64,000 nt of DNA, taken from NCBI GenBank assembly GCA_973895155.1, contig OZ316894.1:22477867-22541866 (forward strand). The letters run 5' to 3'. The DNA comes from Marsupella aquatica (taxonomy: Eukaryota > Plantae > Marchantiophyta). The notes below the pieces were generated by a model, which did no database searches, had not been told where the DNA came from, and saw only the letters and a list, made by a program, of their open reading frames with translations. A program made the translations under genes and the position numbers. This document shows positions 24,128 through 37,183 of the stretch, piece after piece; the first letter of the stretch is position 1; every line of letters begins with the position of its first letter.

Positions 24128-26901
24128 ATCCCTCCCTGCAACCAAGCGGCACGACACAGACAAAAAATTTAACTCAATCGAACTTCGTCCCCCTCTTTCA
24201 AAGTATCGTAGCGTTGGCACCTTTCGCTGTTTCAACCCCTTTGATGAGTAGACCCAAACCCGTCTGTGAGTCTGTCCTTACATACAGTAGAGGGTATCAT
24301 AAGCGCCCAATCTTAGGGGTCAGCTTTTTGTGGCTATAGTTTGAAAGCTATCGGGAATAAGTGGACAAAAAGCGATTCTCTATCTATGCACGTTGACCGC
24401 CATTCGATCACGGGCGAACGTCATAGCTACCTTCACTACGGGTAGAGCATGATGAGGTCATGAGCTGAAATTAATGTTTGGAGACCTTCTGAAGCCCCTG
24501 AAAATGACCTTGCTACCCTCGCAGCAGAGGATCTGTGCAGTCATTATTCGTCAAGTATAAAAGATCGAAGAGAATTTCCCCGCAGACGATCGATATCTTT
24601 CGATGGCCTATTAGGGCTTCTATACGCGTTGACAGTGTCTGAGATGCAGGAGGAACACAAAGGAAGCAAAATCAAATGCAGAAAAATACGAAGGACCTTA
24701 GTTGAATGTAACAATAACGACGAGAGCCTTGGCACGAGACACGAGAAGCAACAATGGTGGACACCGTTGATGGAATTCTGAAACGGTGAAAGTGACCACG
24801 CAGGCTAGTGAACCTGGGTACCAAGCTGAACTGGTAATTGATTGTAAACAGCAGTCTAGATTCGGATAACGAGCTGCTACGCGCGTTGGAACGCTCGATG
24901 GAGCATGAAACAGGGGACAAGGATTTAGAGAAAACGGGAGCTAGAATCAGTATCGTTTTTCGGCGCCATTTTGGAAGAACCGAGCAGGACGAAGTTGAAC
25001 ACTGACAAACACGAAGTCATGGCCGGAAAATAAGCGAAAGAAGGGACGCATGCGGAGGACAATTTGCGCTTTGTAAGCCCAGCTAACCTCCAACCTTTAC
25101 GAGACGGCCCATTCAGCTGAAAACGAAATGGGGGCTTGGTTTTCACAGTCGACTCACTCTCTAGCATTCGCGTCGGAGGTTGCTCTTGAGCTAGGACCTT
25201 GGTATTGCAGAATTTCAACATTTTCCTGGGACCCAATTCGCTGCAAAGGAAGAAGCTGGGGCTGAGAAGGTGTTCATCGAGCAGAGAAACTCACTTCCGA
25301 CGATGAAGAGCCAGCACCCTTCCAACTGGCAAAAATGCTGAAACAAACCCCGACTTCACATCAGCCTTTCAAAGCTTGCACTACTGTATTCATAAAAGTT
25401 TAGAACATGTTTAATGGGCCAAAATTCTAGAAATTACAGCACCTTTTGTCACATCCAATCGCTAGCTTCACATCCAATCGCTAGCTTACTGCAACTCAGC
25501 GTAGAAGGAGAAGATGAAGGCGCTACTGAGGTGGATTCCAAGGTATCTTTAAGCTGTGGAAAAGATAGGATATGTACTCTTTCCCTGCGGACATCTGTTT
25601 GTCGGAAGGTGACAAAGAGTCCCAACGTTGACTGGTGACTTGAAAAAAAACTTCTATGTATTACATAAATAAAAGCAGCAGGCTTTTCTTCACGATGATT
25701 GCGAATTCCTTCCAGGGTGATTGAGTAGCAGTCGACCAGCGAGAAAGCATCGTTTAGGGCCTTGGGGAGGTTTTGGCACGTTTGAGTGCAATGGACTATA
25801 TTCCAGACATGGCCTAGGACGGAGAGTTGGAACTCCTCACGAGTAAGAAAAGACAGTGGGCGTGCGATATTTGGTCTATGATCTTATTGGGTCCTTGACT
25901 TGGTTCAAAATTTAGCTGCGAATTTGTTCATTGCCCCTCAATTTCGTCAAAGGTCCTATGAGTCTCGGAATACTTTTGCAAGATTGTGGGGTTTGTTTCC
26001 TTTGAACCACTGCCAAATGGGTTTCCACAGTTACTTCAAGGACTCTACCCACAATCCAATTACTCCTGAGCCTCAAAGCGTATCCAGAACTGGAGGTAAG
26101 AATTAGTTCTATTCATTAGCTTTCCTAATAGAGCCCGATTTGTGTAATCGTCTATCCTTTGCATCCTGCATTTGAGCATGAACGACCCTGTTCACAAGAC
26201 GAATTTCCGTCATGATATTTAAAGATCACTTGCCCACATTGTTTGAAAAACTACATAGCAATCTTTTTCCACTTTCAATAAATTAAATACAAAGAACCAG
26301 ATACCCGAGACATCAATTCGCACTGGGACAGAGAAACACTGCAGCCCAATGACAGAGAAACACGCAGTTCACACGGACAGTGAAACACTGCATACCATTT
26401 TGTAATGGGTTCCTTTGACACATTATCAGAACCTTTAAAGATCTACGGATAAAGGCGGCTCACATGCCTGAAATCCAGGATCCCAGATTACACTTCCAGA
26501 ACTGTAACCTTGTATACAAGGTTGCGATGTAGCAAAACAGTAGGAATTGCCACTCGGAAAAGTAATTTGCTTGTTCTACGTTATTTCCATCGAAGGAATC
26601 ACCTCTTATGCGAGATTGTTTCAAACCTCTCTCGTAACCACTACAACCTAACTTTTAGAGCAATACAGCTACGCTATCTCTGTCCGCAGCTGCTCTCCCT
26701 TTCCAGGGGCTCAGGTCTCAGCAATGCAAGAATGTCAGGAGAGATCCGCAAATCGTACCCACAGAAGACAGCGTTTTGCCATCCAAGTTAACGTGCCAGT
26801 CGGGGTCGCGCATTAGTGCTCCACGTTCACACCAAGTTTGTCCCACAAAATTGTAGATTTTCGTATTTCCTTACATCACTTTTAGTTGGAAGAGGTGTCT
26901 A

Positions 26902-29843
26902 TTACACATCCGCAGTTAGCAAGGATCCCGAAAGAGAAATCTGCAAGCAGAGAGTACAGAAGGTTAGATGCACAGTGAGACTTCGGGCAGCAAGCTAGCA
27001 GCATAGTATCTACTGAAAGTGCATGACATTTGCAAGAAAGTCTCTCTGCAAGATTAATTTTGCTGCGAAAACCACCAGTGTCTAAAATCTGAAGATAAGA
27101 GTTTGAACTCTTGACTTCGAATGTCCAACGGAAAAGGACAGGTGAAATGTCCTGCTTTCAGAAACTTTTAAAGCTGCACACTACACATGATCTTTGAAAT
27201 CAAACCCCTATCACACTCAGAACCCAAATAAGTAGGTTACCTTTTCGCCAAGTCTGAAAGCAGGTAATCCTCGGTAAGGGCACCCATTGCAGCGGAAAGC
27301 ATCCCCTAATCCGCACTGGAAGAGCTTCACGTGTCAGTTTTCAATTTCCACAAGTGATCGAAACGCGTAGAAAATGCAATGATGACACACTTCAGCGGAT
27401 ACACGGTCCAAAGAAAATCCATTGAAACACACTGTCCACTGATGAGGAGAAGATGGAAAAGTATAGAAGACTTACACTTCCACAAGCAGACTGCGGATTA
27501 TTAATCTGGCCGAGGGTAAGCTTGGTCTCAGGCTGTGCTTCCTCATCCTCAAGTTCAGCACGGCCACAAGTACAATTGGCGCACGCATTCTTTCCCTTCT
27601 GTCCTACCTCACAGTCATCATCGACTGCCACAAACGATGGACAAGAATTTCAATACTGTACATGTCCGACACCCGCATGACAGACATCGTCCAACCCCAG
27701 ATCCATGTTCTACATACAGCATGGACAACATGACGAACGCAAACGACAAGAGTCCAAGGGCTGATAGCATACCTGCTGAAACTTCAGGCTTTTTCAAGTC
27801 CTCTTCCGTCAAGAGAGAATCTTCATCGACCAATTCATCGTTGTCCAAGTCTAATTCTTGAACCTTCCAGGAGACCACGCCATTTGTTGAAGGAGCAAGA
27901 TTCATATTGAAATCATTGACATCGGACAGAGAAACTTTCCCATTTACCCCATTCGGCTTCAGAACAGGCTTCTTCTTAAGAGAGAATGACGATCCCGTCT
28001 CCCAGGTCGGCTTCGTGACTTTGAACTACAACACCCATCAGCAAAGGAACCATTAGCTGACACGATTTGAGAAACATTTTTGCTCCAGTCTCCAGGATGC
28101 AGTTCGTAACGCCAAGCTACGAGAATCGAACCCCAGTAGAGTCCCATTGCGCGACACACACCGAAAAACGTAAACCCATGATTAATTTCAGCAGTTTTTT
28201 CAAATATAGATACCAGTAACTGCATGTCACGAGAGTGACTCCGACAGCGTACTAAACCCACATCTATCGTCGCACGTCACTCAGACAACCAACGATTATA
28301 AAATTGGATCAACACAAGAAGAGATGGGCACAAAAGAGACTTTCAGAGATTACAGATTGCACAACATTGCATAACATTTCTACAATGTTCTGACCTACCG
28401 CAATGGCGTCAAATAGTTGAGTAGCATTGGGAAACCCCGGGGCCAGTCCAACCCCATTCACAACATCCACAGTAGCCGAACCGGCAAATCCAGCCAGCAG
28501 AAGAGCTTTCTTCAGGGAAGCCTCGGTTTGAATAGTTGAAACTGACTGTCCAATCACCTGCATGCAAAACCCTATCTGCTTTAGATCACGGTCAAAACTC
28601 ACCACCACTTACGAACTAATTCCCAGCTCAACGCTACGACTAGTTTAGCTCCCTCTGTCATCGCCATCTATCCTTCTAGCCTTCCATTTTCTTCCTACGA
28701 GAATCTGAGAGTTCCGAAGAACGGACTGACGATCATTTTTCGATATAAGAGCCTGACTCACCACTACGCTGAGGTGAACAACACTGCACCCTGTAAATAA
28801 CGGTTTCCTTCCAGATTTCCTGACGGGATTTTGGAAACGATTAACGTAACCATCCTCAGCATCGACTACAAGCCACCTATTGTAACAGAAGCTCATCCAC
28901 TGATTGGAAACTCTAGTTTGTTTTCGTATCTCTGTACCCCACACAAGGGGTATTCTGCGATCATACTCGAAGGAATCTGACCGATTTATCTTGCTTACAG
29001 AAGATAGTACCTTTCCAATTAGTAAACTTTCATTGGCAATAGCGTTTCCAATGATCGAATAGGTGCTAAGAGATCTTGCAAGACAAGGCGTGGCATGATA
29101 CAGATCACCCTACCTGTGCTTCTTCCGGTGATATCTCTCTCCTCGCAAGCGGCTCTTGGACAATCAACACACCACCAGGCTTAAGTGTTCTCGAGACCTC
29201 TGTTAGCCAAGCAAAAGTGTGGTGTCCCGGGGTCTCAGCAACAGATACGATCACATCCACTGCTGAAGATTCTGCTGGTAGCTTCCCTCCTGCAGATGTA
29301 ACGAGTCGGGCGACAGTCAGACTTATAACCACGCAATTAATTCCATCATTTCGTCTATTCCAGCTGTAAGGGTGAACCATCAACCGATGGCTCTCGGGCC
29401 GGCTAAACCCTGGCTAACAAGAAACGGTCAATCATAGCAACAAGTTTCCCTGGAAGGCAAGCTGGAAGTCCTGGCGACCTCCCACATGACAACCAAATGA
29501 TTGCTCAGCACAACATCAGCAGAGCATATGCTTCCAGCATTCAGGCTCCACAGAAAATTTTAATGTAAGCAATGTCGGACAGTCAAATGGTCATCTCGAG
29601 TATGACTCATTGGTTCTCAAATTGAGAGAGAGACGACTCAGACTTTTCAAAGAGTGCACGGAGGATGACCAAATGTATGAATGATGACGAACCAAGTCGT
29701 GAAGCCTGCGTCAGAATCGACAAGCTCTTCCCGGAATTGGTTTGCTCTGGAAACTCCTGCATAGTCCATACCACGGCGGTCGCTGGCAGCACATCAACAT
29801 CGGTAACCAACAACACCGCCGTAGCTGCCGCGTTGCTACCCAT
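26902..29843 (-). CDS. DRE2: Anamorsin/DRE2 cytosolic Fe-S cluster assembly factor, 333 aa; exons 29843-29693, 29289-29114, 28557-28399, 28025-27773, 27624-27476, 27315-27241, 26940-26902
   Basis: Methyltransferase-like N-terminal domain ([29 protein letters not shown]), acidic linker [18 protein letters not shown], Fe-S motifs C-x9-CANCTC and [25 protein letters not shown], and C-terminus [12 protein letters not shown]. 1002 nt in frame. Confidence 0.96.
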
Positions 29844-32800
29844 AGCGTGGTCGATGATAGTGGGTACAGACGCAGCTAAGACGCGATGAATTTCCCCGAA
29901 AAAAATCGTTTAAGCCCTTCTCCGGTGATTATCCAACCTTTCTCAGTCGAGCACTATGCCCACGACACCTCCTAATTCGAGAAACGCCCTGAGCTCCTCG
30001 TCGTCCACAAGTAGACTGTGAGAGCCAAATGCCACAATATCTTAGGTTCTCAAGTATTGAAGCACAATCAATTTGGCGAACTTTCGCTGCCCTCAAGCGC
30101 TTTATCTCTGGTGATTTGACAATCGCAATCCAACCTACACCACAGTCATAGCGCAACCCAATCCACAATCTGCTGATCCACAAGCTCTAACCGGACTAGA
30201 CTCCCCACGCGACTCGTGCTACTGTGGATGGATGATCTATCTAATACCGTATCTAGGGTTAAATGCTCTCCAGAGTAATGATATTAATGACACTGAAACC
30301 CGTACCCTTCGCTCGAATCCCTGCTGCCGTGCTGCGTTCCCATCGATCTCCCACTTTCCCACCACCTCTGCGACTAACTCTACTACCACCAACTACAACT
30401 AAAGTACTTTCAATGATGATTGAGTCTTCCTGGTGTTCGCCTCTCACTTAATTAATTTCTTGTCGTGCTTCCCTCGTGTGGCTGAAGCTCTACTAATCTG
30501 CTACTTCTTTTCCTCGTGTGAGTTCTGCGTAGTCTCCTGTAGCCCGGTTGGTTGTCGGGAATGTCCCCTCCTTACCACTCCCAAAGTACTCTCGCTTTTC
30601 CTTCACACGGACCACCACCAAAGCTGTCGGTAAAACTGTCCACACACAACGACGATCCGCGCTCTCCCCTGTTTTGGAGGCACCTTATTAGTCAACAAAA
30701 ACTCTCAACATATTAATCTCGTTCTGATGAAGAATCATCACTCACAGGTTCAAATGGGTTTCATTATTCCAGCATCCGGATGATTCTGCAGAAAGATAAC
30801 TCATAACGATGCAAACAGAATACCTTTACGTGCGCGGTACAACGAATTAAAAACTCCTCTCTTCCGCAATCGCCAATAATCCTACTTCAATTGACGAGGG
30901 GCTTCTGCGCCATGCTCCTGCGATTGTCCAAGAACATGCTCCTGCGCCATGCTCCTGGACGAGGGGCTTCTGCGCCATGCTCCTGTGACGGACCATGCAA
31001 GCACGAGGAATCGAGGCAATAATTCTAGAACCTTCGCGGTCAAGATGGGCCCGATCGAATTGAGCGCAGGCTATCGTCCGTTAGATCACAGAAAGGGTGA
31101 GAAAAGAAGCCGGCATCGCTTTGCGCCTGACAATCGGCAGAGGTCTTCTTTTGCAAGCCAGCTTCGTGACCTTCTCATGCTCCTCCTCTGCTCTTGTACA
31201 GAGTCCTCTTCGTGTGCCTCGTTGTTGTTTCCTTTACCTTCCGGCGCCGCATGCCCCTCGTCAGACGGGAATCGTCAGAGCGGCAGAGCCAGGCAGTCAC
31301 GCAGACAGAGGGACGGGAGTTAGGGACCATGATGACCGCAGGACGGGTACTGGGTAGGGGGTTGAGTTCCGTCGTTAGAGAGACCCGGTCGGCCGGTCCT
31401 GTCAAACGTACCGTCGAGAAAGAGATGTAAAAATGTGAATACCTTCGAACTAAGGGTAGGGATAACCCCCTAGACGGAGCACGGGACGTATAGGGTAATG
31501 ACGGGGTTTTGTGTGGGGTTATTATTAGGCCCTGTGACCAGAAAGTGAACAAATGTGCTTTGTGAGAGTAGATTTCAGATTAGAACCCAGCTCAAATAGT
31601 CATTAACAGCCTTATTTTTGCAGATCAAGAACAAATGCAGCAGGGCGGGAGTCAAGTGGAGATGTGGAGTGGAGGGGTGAGACTGGACCTGCTTGGCTGC
31701 TTCCTGCCATATTGTCAATACATTGGGAGTCATCGCTGTCGGGATGGAGGCACGGTGGGAGACTGGGAGCATTTGCAAGGGAGGGAGAATGGATAAGGTC
31801 GAGGGGGGAGGCATAATGAATGCAAGGAGTGGAGGTTACGAGACGAGGCCAGTATTGAAGACCATATTGTCGGGCATGGGACATGCCCTGGACGGAGACA
31901 GAGAGGAGGGGCCAACGTGAGGTATTCAAGATGGTATTGTCGGGCGTGGGAGCCCTGGCAAGTGAATCGGACGGATACGAAAAATCCAATGCCTGTATCT
32001 AACAGTCAGTTTTGATTCCCGCCAAAATTGAAATTTGTAACGGGACAAAGGATGAAATTGGCGGCATTGCCTATTATAGTGTTAGATATTTGCCAGGAAA
32101 AACAATTACCAGGTAAGACTTCCAGGGCACCAGGTTATGGAAATGGTAGCATCTAGTAGACTAGGAATTATATGTAGGGTAACCATAGCTCAAAGGGGGT
32201 TAAGGGAATCTAATCCCTGAGGGTAATGAGCCAATGGTTTCCAAGGATGGCCCTTGAGTGACCATGGATTAATAAGCATAAATCTCAAGTGTAATTTTAT
32301 TCTATTTGATGCTTGGAAACTTTTACTGAAATTGGATGGTACTCCAGACTGGCTAATGAAGGGGACCAAACTATCATAACCCCTAGGCTAGGTTGGCAGA
32401 GCATAATGGATCATGACCCTTTGAAATACAAAGAAAAAAGTACATAACAGGTTAAATAAACTAAATTATTTAGGTTATATCACAGGCCGCAGGTTGCAGT
32501 CCGGAACATGATAAAATACAATCAAAAAAGAGACGTCAATATGCGCTACTGTCGAGGGCACCGTCGAATTGATACTACGGCACTAGAGCGAAGGGATTGT
32601 CGTCGACAAAGAGGACGGGAGAAAAGCCCCCAACCATGACCGCACGGGCTGGTGTACGGTGTATCTTGCCATGGAGAAAAAGACGTACAGATACGGTAAG
32701 GTCGTGGCATCATCGAACTACCAGTAGGGAACCAGGGATATGGGATTACCGTCGAGAGTGAGAGAAAGGACGGGAGAGTACAGGGCCGACGACAGGAGGA

Positions 32801-35800
32801 TGTCAGCACACTCAGAGCGCAGTCGGCGCGTGCTTGTTGGCCAGGCAGCACGGGTCGTCACCCTCTCTGCCAAGCCATGGCACACGCGGCGCCCTATGAC
32901 AGCTTGGAAACACGCAGGACATCCTCTCCCGGCGTACTTCGGTCGAAATCAAATAATGCCCCAGTCAGCACGTCAACAGGCCATTGACGCCAAGCCCCAG
33001 CACCTCGTTTGAGACTTTGAGCTGTCTGGGAAGGAGGGAAGGCAGCAGCGAGTCACCCATGGAACCAGGGAGTATAAGGTGGCGCGTTGGAGTCAGCCAC
33101 CCCTACGATGAGGTGGCCAACCAAGTCCTCACCTACCAGGTTGAAGGCGATTAAACTGTCTCCTGGTCTCAGGATGACTGTGGTGGTGGCGGCTCAAAAT
33201 CATATGGAGAAGCTATTGGTGACAAAACATAGATATCAAAATGCCAGAACTCAATGCCAGAATATTGACAAAACTCAATCAGAAGGATTGGTGGCCAATA
33301 ATATCGAGATGTCAAAGACCGACTGTAGCATACCAATTGTCTGATGAGAAATTGTACCCAAAGGTGCCATCAAATGATACTGTAGTGTCATCCAGATTCG
33401 CACAGAAGGAGAATAATTGTGAATTTGACTGACAAAATATTTTAGAGTGATAATAGTGGGACATCAAAAGAATTTTGTCATATATTTAAGAAGATTCTAC
33501 GCATCCCAGTGTAGACATGACTTCTCAGCGTGAACATCACGCTTAAAATTAAAATATGAAGAATATTATTCTGGGCTTGCAAGTGAAAGTCAGGATGACC
33601 TAGAAATAAGGCAGAATACCCAGATGGATTTTTGCAATGGGTATGGACCAAGGCCAAACAGCATGTTCACTAGGATGATACGTTTAACTCATCCTTCTAG
33701 AACATGTATGACCTGTAAACTCTCCACAACCGGTTGAAGGAGGTATTGGGTCACTTCACCTAGTAATCCATCTGTTAGAGCCGGTTTCATGTTGTCACTA
33801 CTGATCTGGAGTTAATTCATCCAAAGCCCGCTTACTAGGCTTCTCCAATGAGCAGATGAACTTTATCATTGTTGCAGGTGATTTTGATGAGTTTTAGAAC
33901 TCCTGCCATGAATTATTGCTTGTTGCTTGTCGTTTGTGTGTGGTGCCTGATAGTTCCAAATGATCTATATAGGCATCGGATCAAGAAGAGAAAGCCTCGA
34001 TAATTGTCGTTGCTACTCCTCAATCCAACAATAAAGTTTACACTTGCATCTTTCACCTGTTCGGACATTTAGTTTTGTTGCATTCGATCACTACATACAT
34101 ATGTCCACATGCTGCTTGAGCTCAAGAAATCCAGTAGAAGGGGGCAAGAGCATTACATAATGTCTTCAATCTGTAATTGACAAAGGACTGTCAATTGGCA
34201 ACAATTGTCTACTTGCATAGCTCCAATCTGCTACCGGAAAAGTTAAAGATCGAATGAAATAATGGGGATGAATTATTGAGCCTCAACCAGATTAGATAGC
34301 CCGATAGTAGTGCCAGCATAGTGTTCTGCTCATCCATAACCAGCATAAACAAACTTAATTGTTAGTTGCACAGGATAACATCAAACTGAACAGCTGTTAG
34401 CAGTGTTTCCTCACTCTCTAACTTTTATTTATAAAGTGCAAACAGGAGCTAGAGTTGGGGTCTAGATTTCTAGAGTGAAGCATCTAGACTAGATAAAGAC
34501 AATATTAATAAGGACAAATTGAAACAATAACAAAAACAGGAATGGGGGCAAAGATGAAGACAAACAACATAGATCCTTTTGCAAAGGTTTTTTTCCTTAT
34601 CCCTACTAATGTTCAAAGAATGGGCATTCAGGCTTGTCAATTATAGGCAAAATACCTCTGGGCTTTATATCCCAGGCTTGCTCATTTGTATGATGTAAGT
34701 TGTTATCTCTTAAACTAGCCATTTATTTACTTCCCAGGGTCTACCTTTAGCTATGTTTCTCACACAAACTCTTTTTTCCAGATTTGACGAGAGTTGTTAA
34801 AGTGACACAGTACTTTAGTAACTTTTCCTCTCACTCGACTTGGCAGGTTTTGTTGAATCTTCTTGCTACCTTGTACTTGGGTTTGACACTTGTGTGCTTT
34901 GTTGATGACCATCTTTAGTGAGAAAGAATTAAACAATGTCTATGGTTTGCATTTGGTACCCATTGACTCATTTAATTCTATGTCATTCAGGGTTCTCATC
35001 AAACCTTCCATGGGACATGTCTTCCCTGAACATCTTCAATTCACCTTCTTGCAAGACTGGATGTACATTGGGAGTGCAGCTGGTGTTGTTTAACTCCATT
35101 GTGAGCTCCATTTACCATTTTCCAATTCATCAAAGAATGGAATCCATCATCTGTTCCATTTGATTAATCATGTCAAACGGCTAAGTAATAGGGTTACTTT
35201 ATGGACAAACTATAACTTACATCATATTTAATTTTTCATTTGAGGGACTACCAAGTTCTGCCCAAAACACCCCACAGCTACACTTAATATATTTTTTTAT
35301 GGTTTGCATGTAAATTGTTTTTGACCTTTTTGTTTGCCATTGTTGATGTGCTTTGGGGCTTTGGGCTGTAGGCCAGATGTTTACCTCTCATGAAGATATG
35401 GTATATATGAGAGGTCTCAAGGCAGGGGCTTATCATCCATATTGGCCTGAAATTGATGGGCTACCTAGCAATGGTCAAATACAAGTCAACACCCAAAGTC
35501 ACATTTGTGAGATAGTCCATAGTTGGGAAAGTTTTTTGTACTTGGGTTGTGGACAAACAGTCAGGTACTTAGATCTTATCTATAAGAGAGCCATTGCTCC
35601 ATCATGAGTCTCAATTTGGTTTGTTAGCCAGTGGCATTTGAAAATGATGGTCCATGTGAGCTTAGGACCGAGGCTTTATGGGTTTTGAGATTTGGTGTGG
35701 TCCTCAATGACAAACAGTCTACCTATGCAAAAATATTCAGCATTGAATAACTTAGCTACGTGAGTGGCATCCATCCCTACAAATGGCCTATCTTACATAG

Positions 35801-36666
35801 TTCAAGGCATTTTGTGCTGATTTTGGGGCAGGGTATATTCAAAAACATCTCTTATCAAACTTGTATACAGTCTGATAGAGCCCCAGTATCATCCTGTTTC
35901 ACTTTCCTCACATAAGAAGGAATCTTCTTACATAAAGTAAGCCTGATGTAAGCCTAATCACCCCTTATTTTTTTATGACTCCTTGTCGTGCTCTTTGGGC
36001 AGTCCCCCGGGTTGTCCGCTTTGTGGTGTCAACAGACTCTGTCTCTCAAAAATATTTTCCAAACCCTTATTTGAGGTACCCATGTTCTAGCTAATAGTGG
36101 ACTAACCTTCTCCTCAACCCAATGTCTCTAGTGTCGCGCATGCCTCCACAAGTGTATATGTCAAGATTGAGCAAACTTATGAATTAGGTAGCAAATAAGG
36201 TTTCAGTCCAAACCAAACGTAGCGCGCTTACCTCAATCCACATGGAACACAGAACATGACTTTAAACCTACTACAAGTCTAAGTTTGTGCGCCTCAATAT
36301 AAGCCTCAATCCACATGGAGCACAAAACATGACTTAGCTGATGACCACAGTACCGTTGTTGTTGAAAATCCTGTTGCGCAAAGACAACAAGGAGCCGGTC
36401 AATATTTAGGGTCAACCAGAAGCTTAAGGAGCTTCTCGACTAGATGGTGAAGCAGTTCAGTTTTGAGGGCTGGAGATTGAGTAACAGTCAAATCTTTGTT
36501 CTGGTTCTAGAATTGGTCTTTGTTAACTTTGTCATTATCATTCAGTCATCCTTGTAGGTCAACAAGGATGTCTTTTTGGTCCCCTTGTGTTGTTGGCCCA
36601 CAATCTTAATATGGAGATTGAGCATATCGTATGCCCATCTGGTGTCATGAATCTTGATCTCAATGC

Positions 36667-36989
36667 TGTGGGGAGAAATCAGATCAGGAAAAACACTCCA
36701 AACATACATGTGCTCAATAGTTACGTGGTTCGCCTCAAGGTTGACTACGTCCACGGGAAAACCAAGCTTTATTAACGGTTATGTGTCTACTCAAGCATCA
36801 CCATAGCTCTCATCTCTTCAAGCTCTCATCTCTTGCTATATCACTGTGTTCTCTCTTGAGAACTCTCTTGTGTGTTCTCACACCACATAGAAGTTGAAGA
36901 GATAAGGACCAACTCTTCAACTAGGGTTTACTCTAACCCTAGTTAACATACTAACCATAGTTCAACCCAAGACTGAGTTAACCTCTACA
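36667..36989 (-). repeat. 3' LTR of the copia element (323 bp)
   Basis: Differs from 42388-42710 at 5 positions and is adjacent to the PPT. Confidence 0.97.
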
Positions 36990-37001
36990 AACTCCCCCTT
37001 G
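36990..37001 (-). other. Polypurine tract (PPT)
   Basis: aactcccccttg on + reads CAAGGGGGAGTT on -, directly before the 3' LTR. Confidence 0.9.
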
Positions 37002-37183
37002 ACTCACGTCTTGGGAGGGTTCATAACATTGTCTTTTCCTTACAAGTTCCTCTGCGGGAAGTTCAAGACAGTAGGGCCAAAAGACCCTCCCCCTAATGCA
37101 AGGGTTAACTAGAACTAAGCCGTAGCCGATAAGCCATCGGATGGAGTACTCATGTAGAGACATTTTCTTGGTTAACTCTATAT

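Noticed and set aside
24300-26500. Possible additional gene between PLPBP and DRE2
   Set aside because: Only short ORFs without homology, and no consistent exon chain could be built.
27570-27615. DRE2 first Fe-S motif spacing C-x9-C as unusual
   Set aside because: This spacer is known to vary among anamorsin/DRE2 orthologs, and all cysteines are present.
5454-29843. GSA (PLP enzyme), PLPBP and DRE2 as a cofactor gene cluster
   Set aside because: They are separated by unrelated genes and repeats, work in different pathways and compartments, and I have no synteny evidence. Likely coincidence.
33000-36600. Coding potential in the region left of the copia element
   Set aside because: Only short ORFs with no recognisable domain. 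Probably old degenerate repeats that I cannot classify by eye.
36921-36942. Telomere-like/telo-box palindrome CTAGGGTT...AACCCTAG in the LTR
   Set aside because: A single short motif that is common in plant LTRs and promoters, not an interstitial telomere array.
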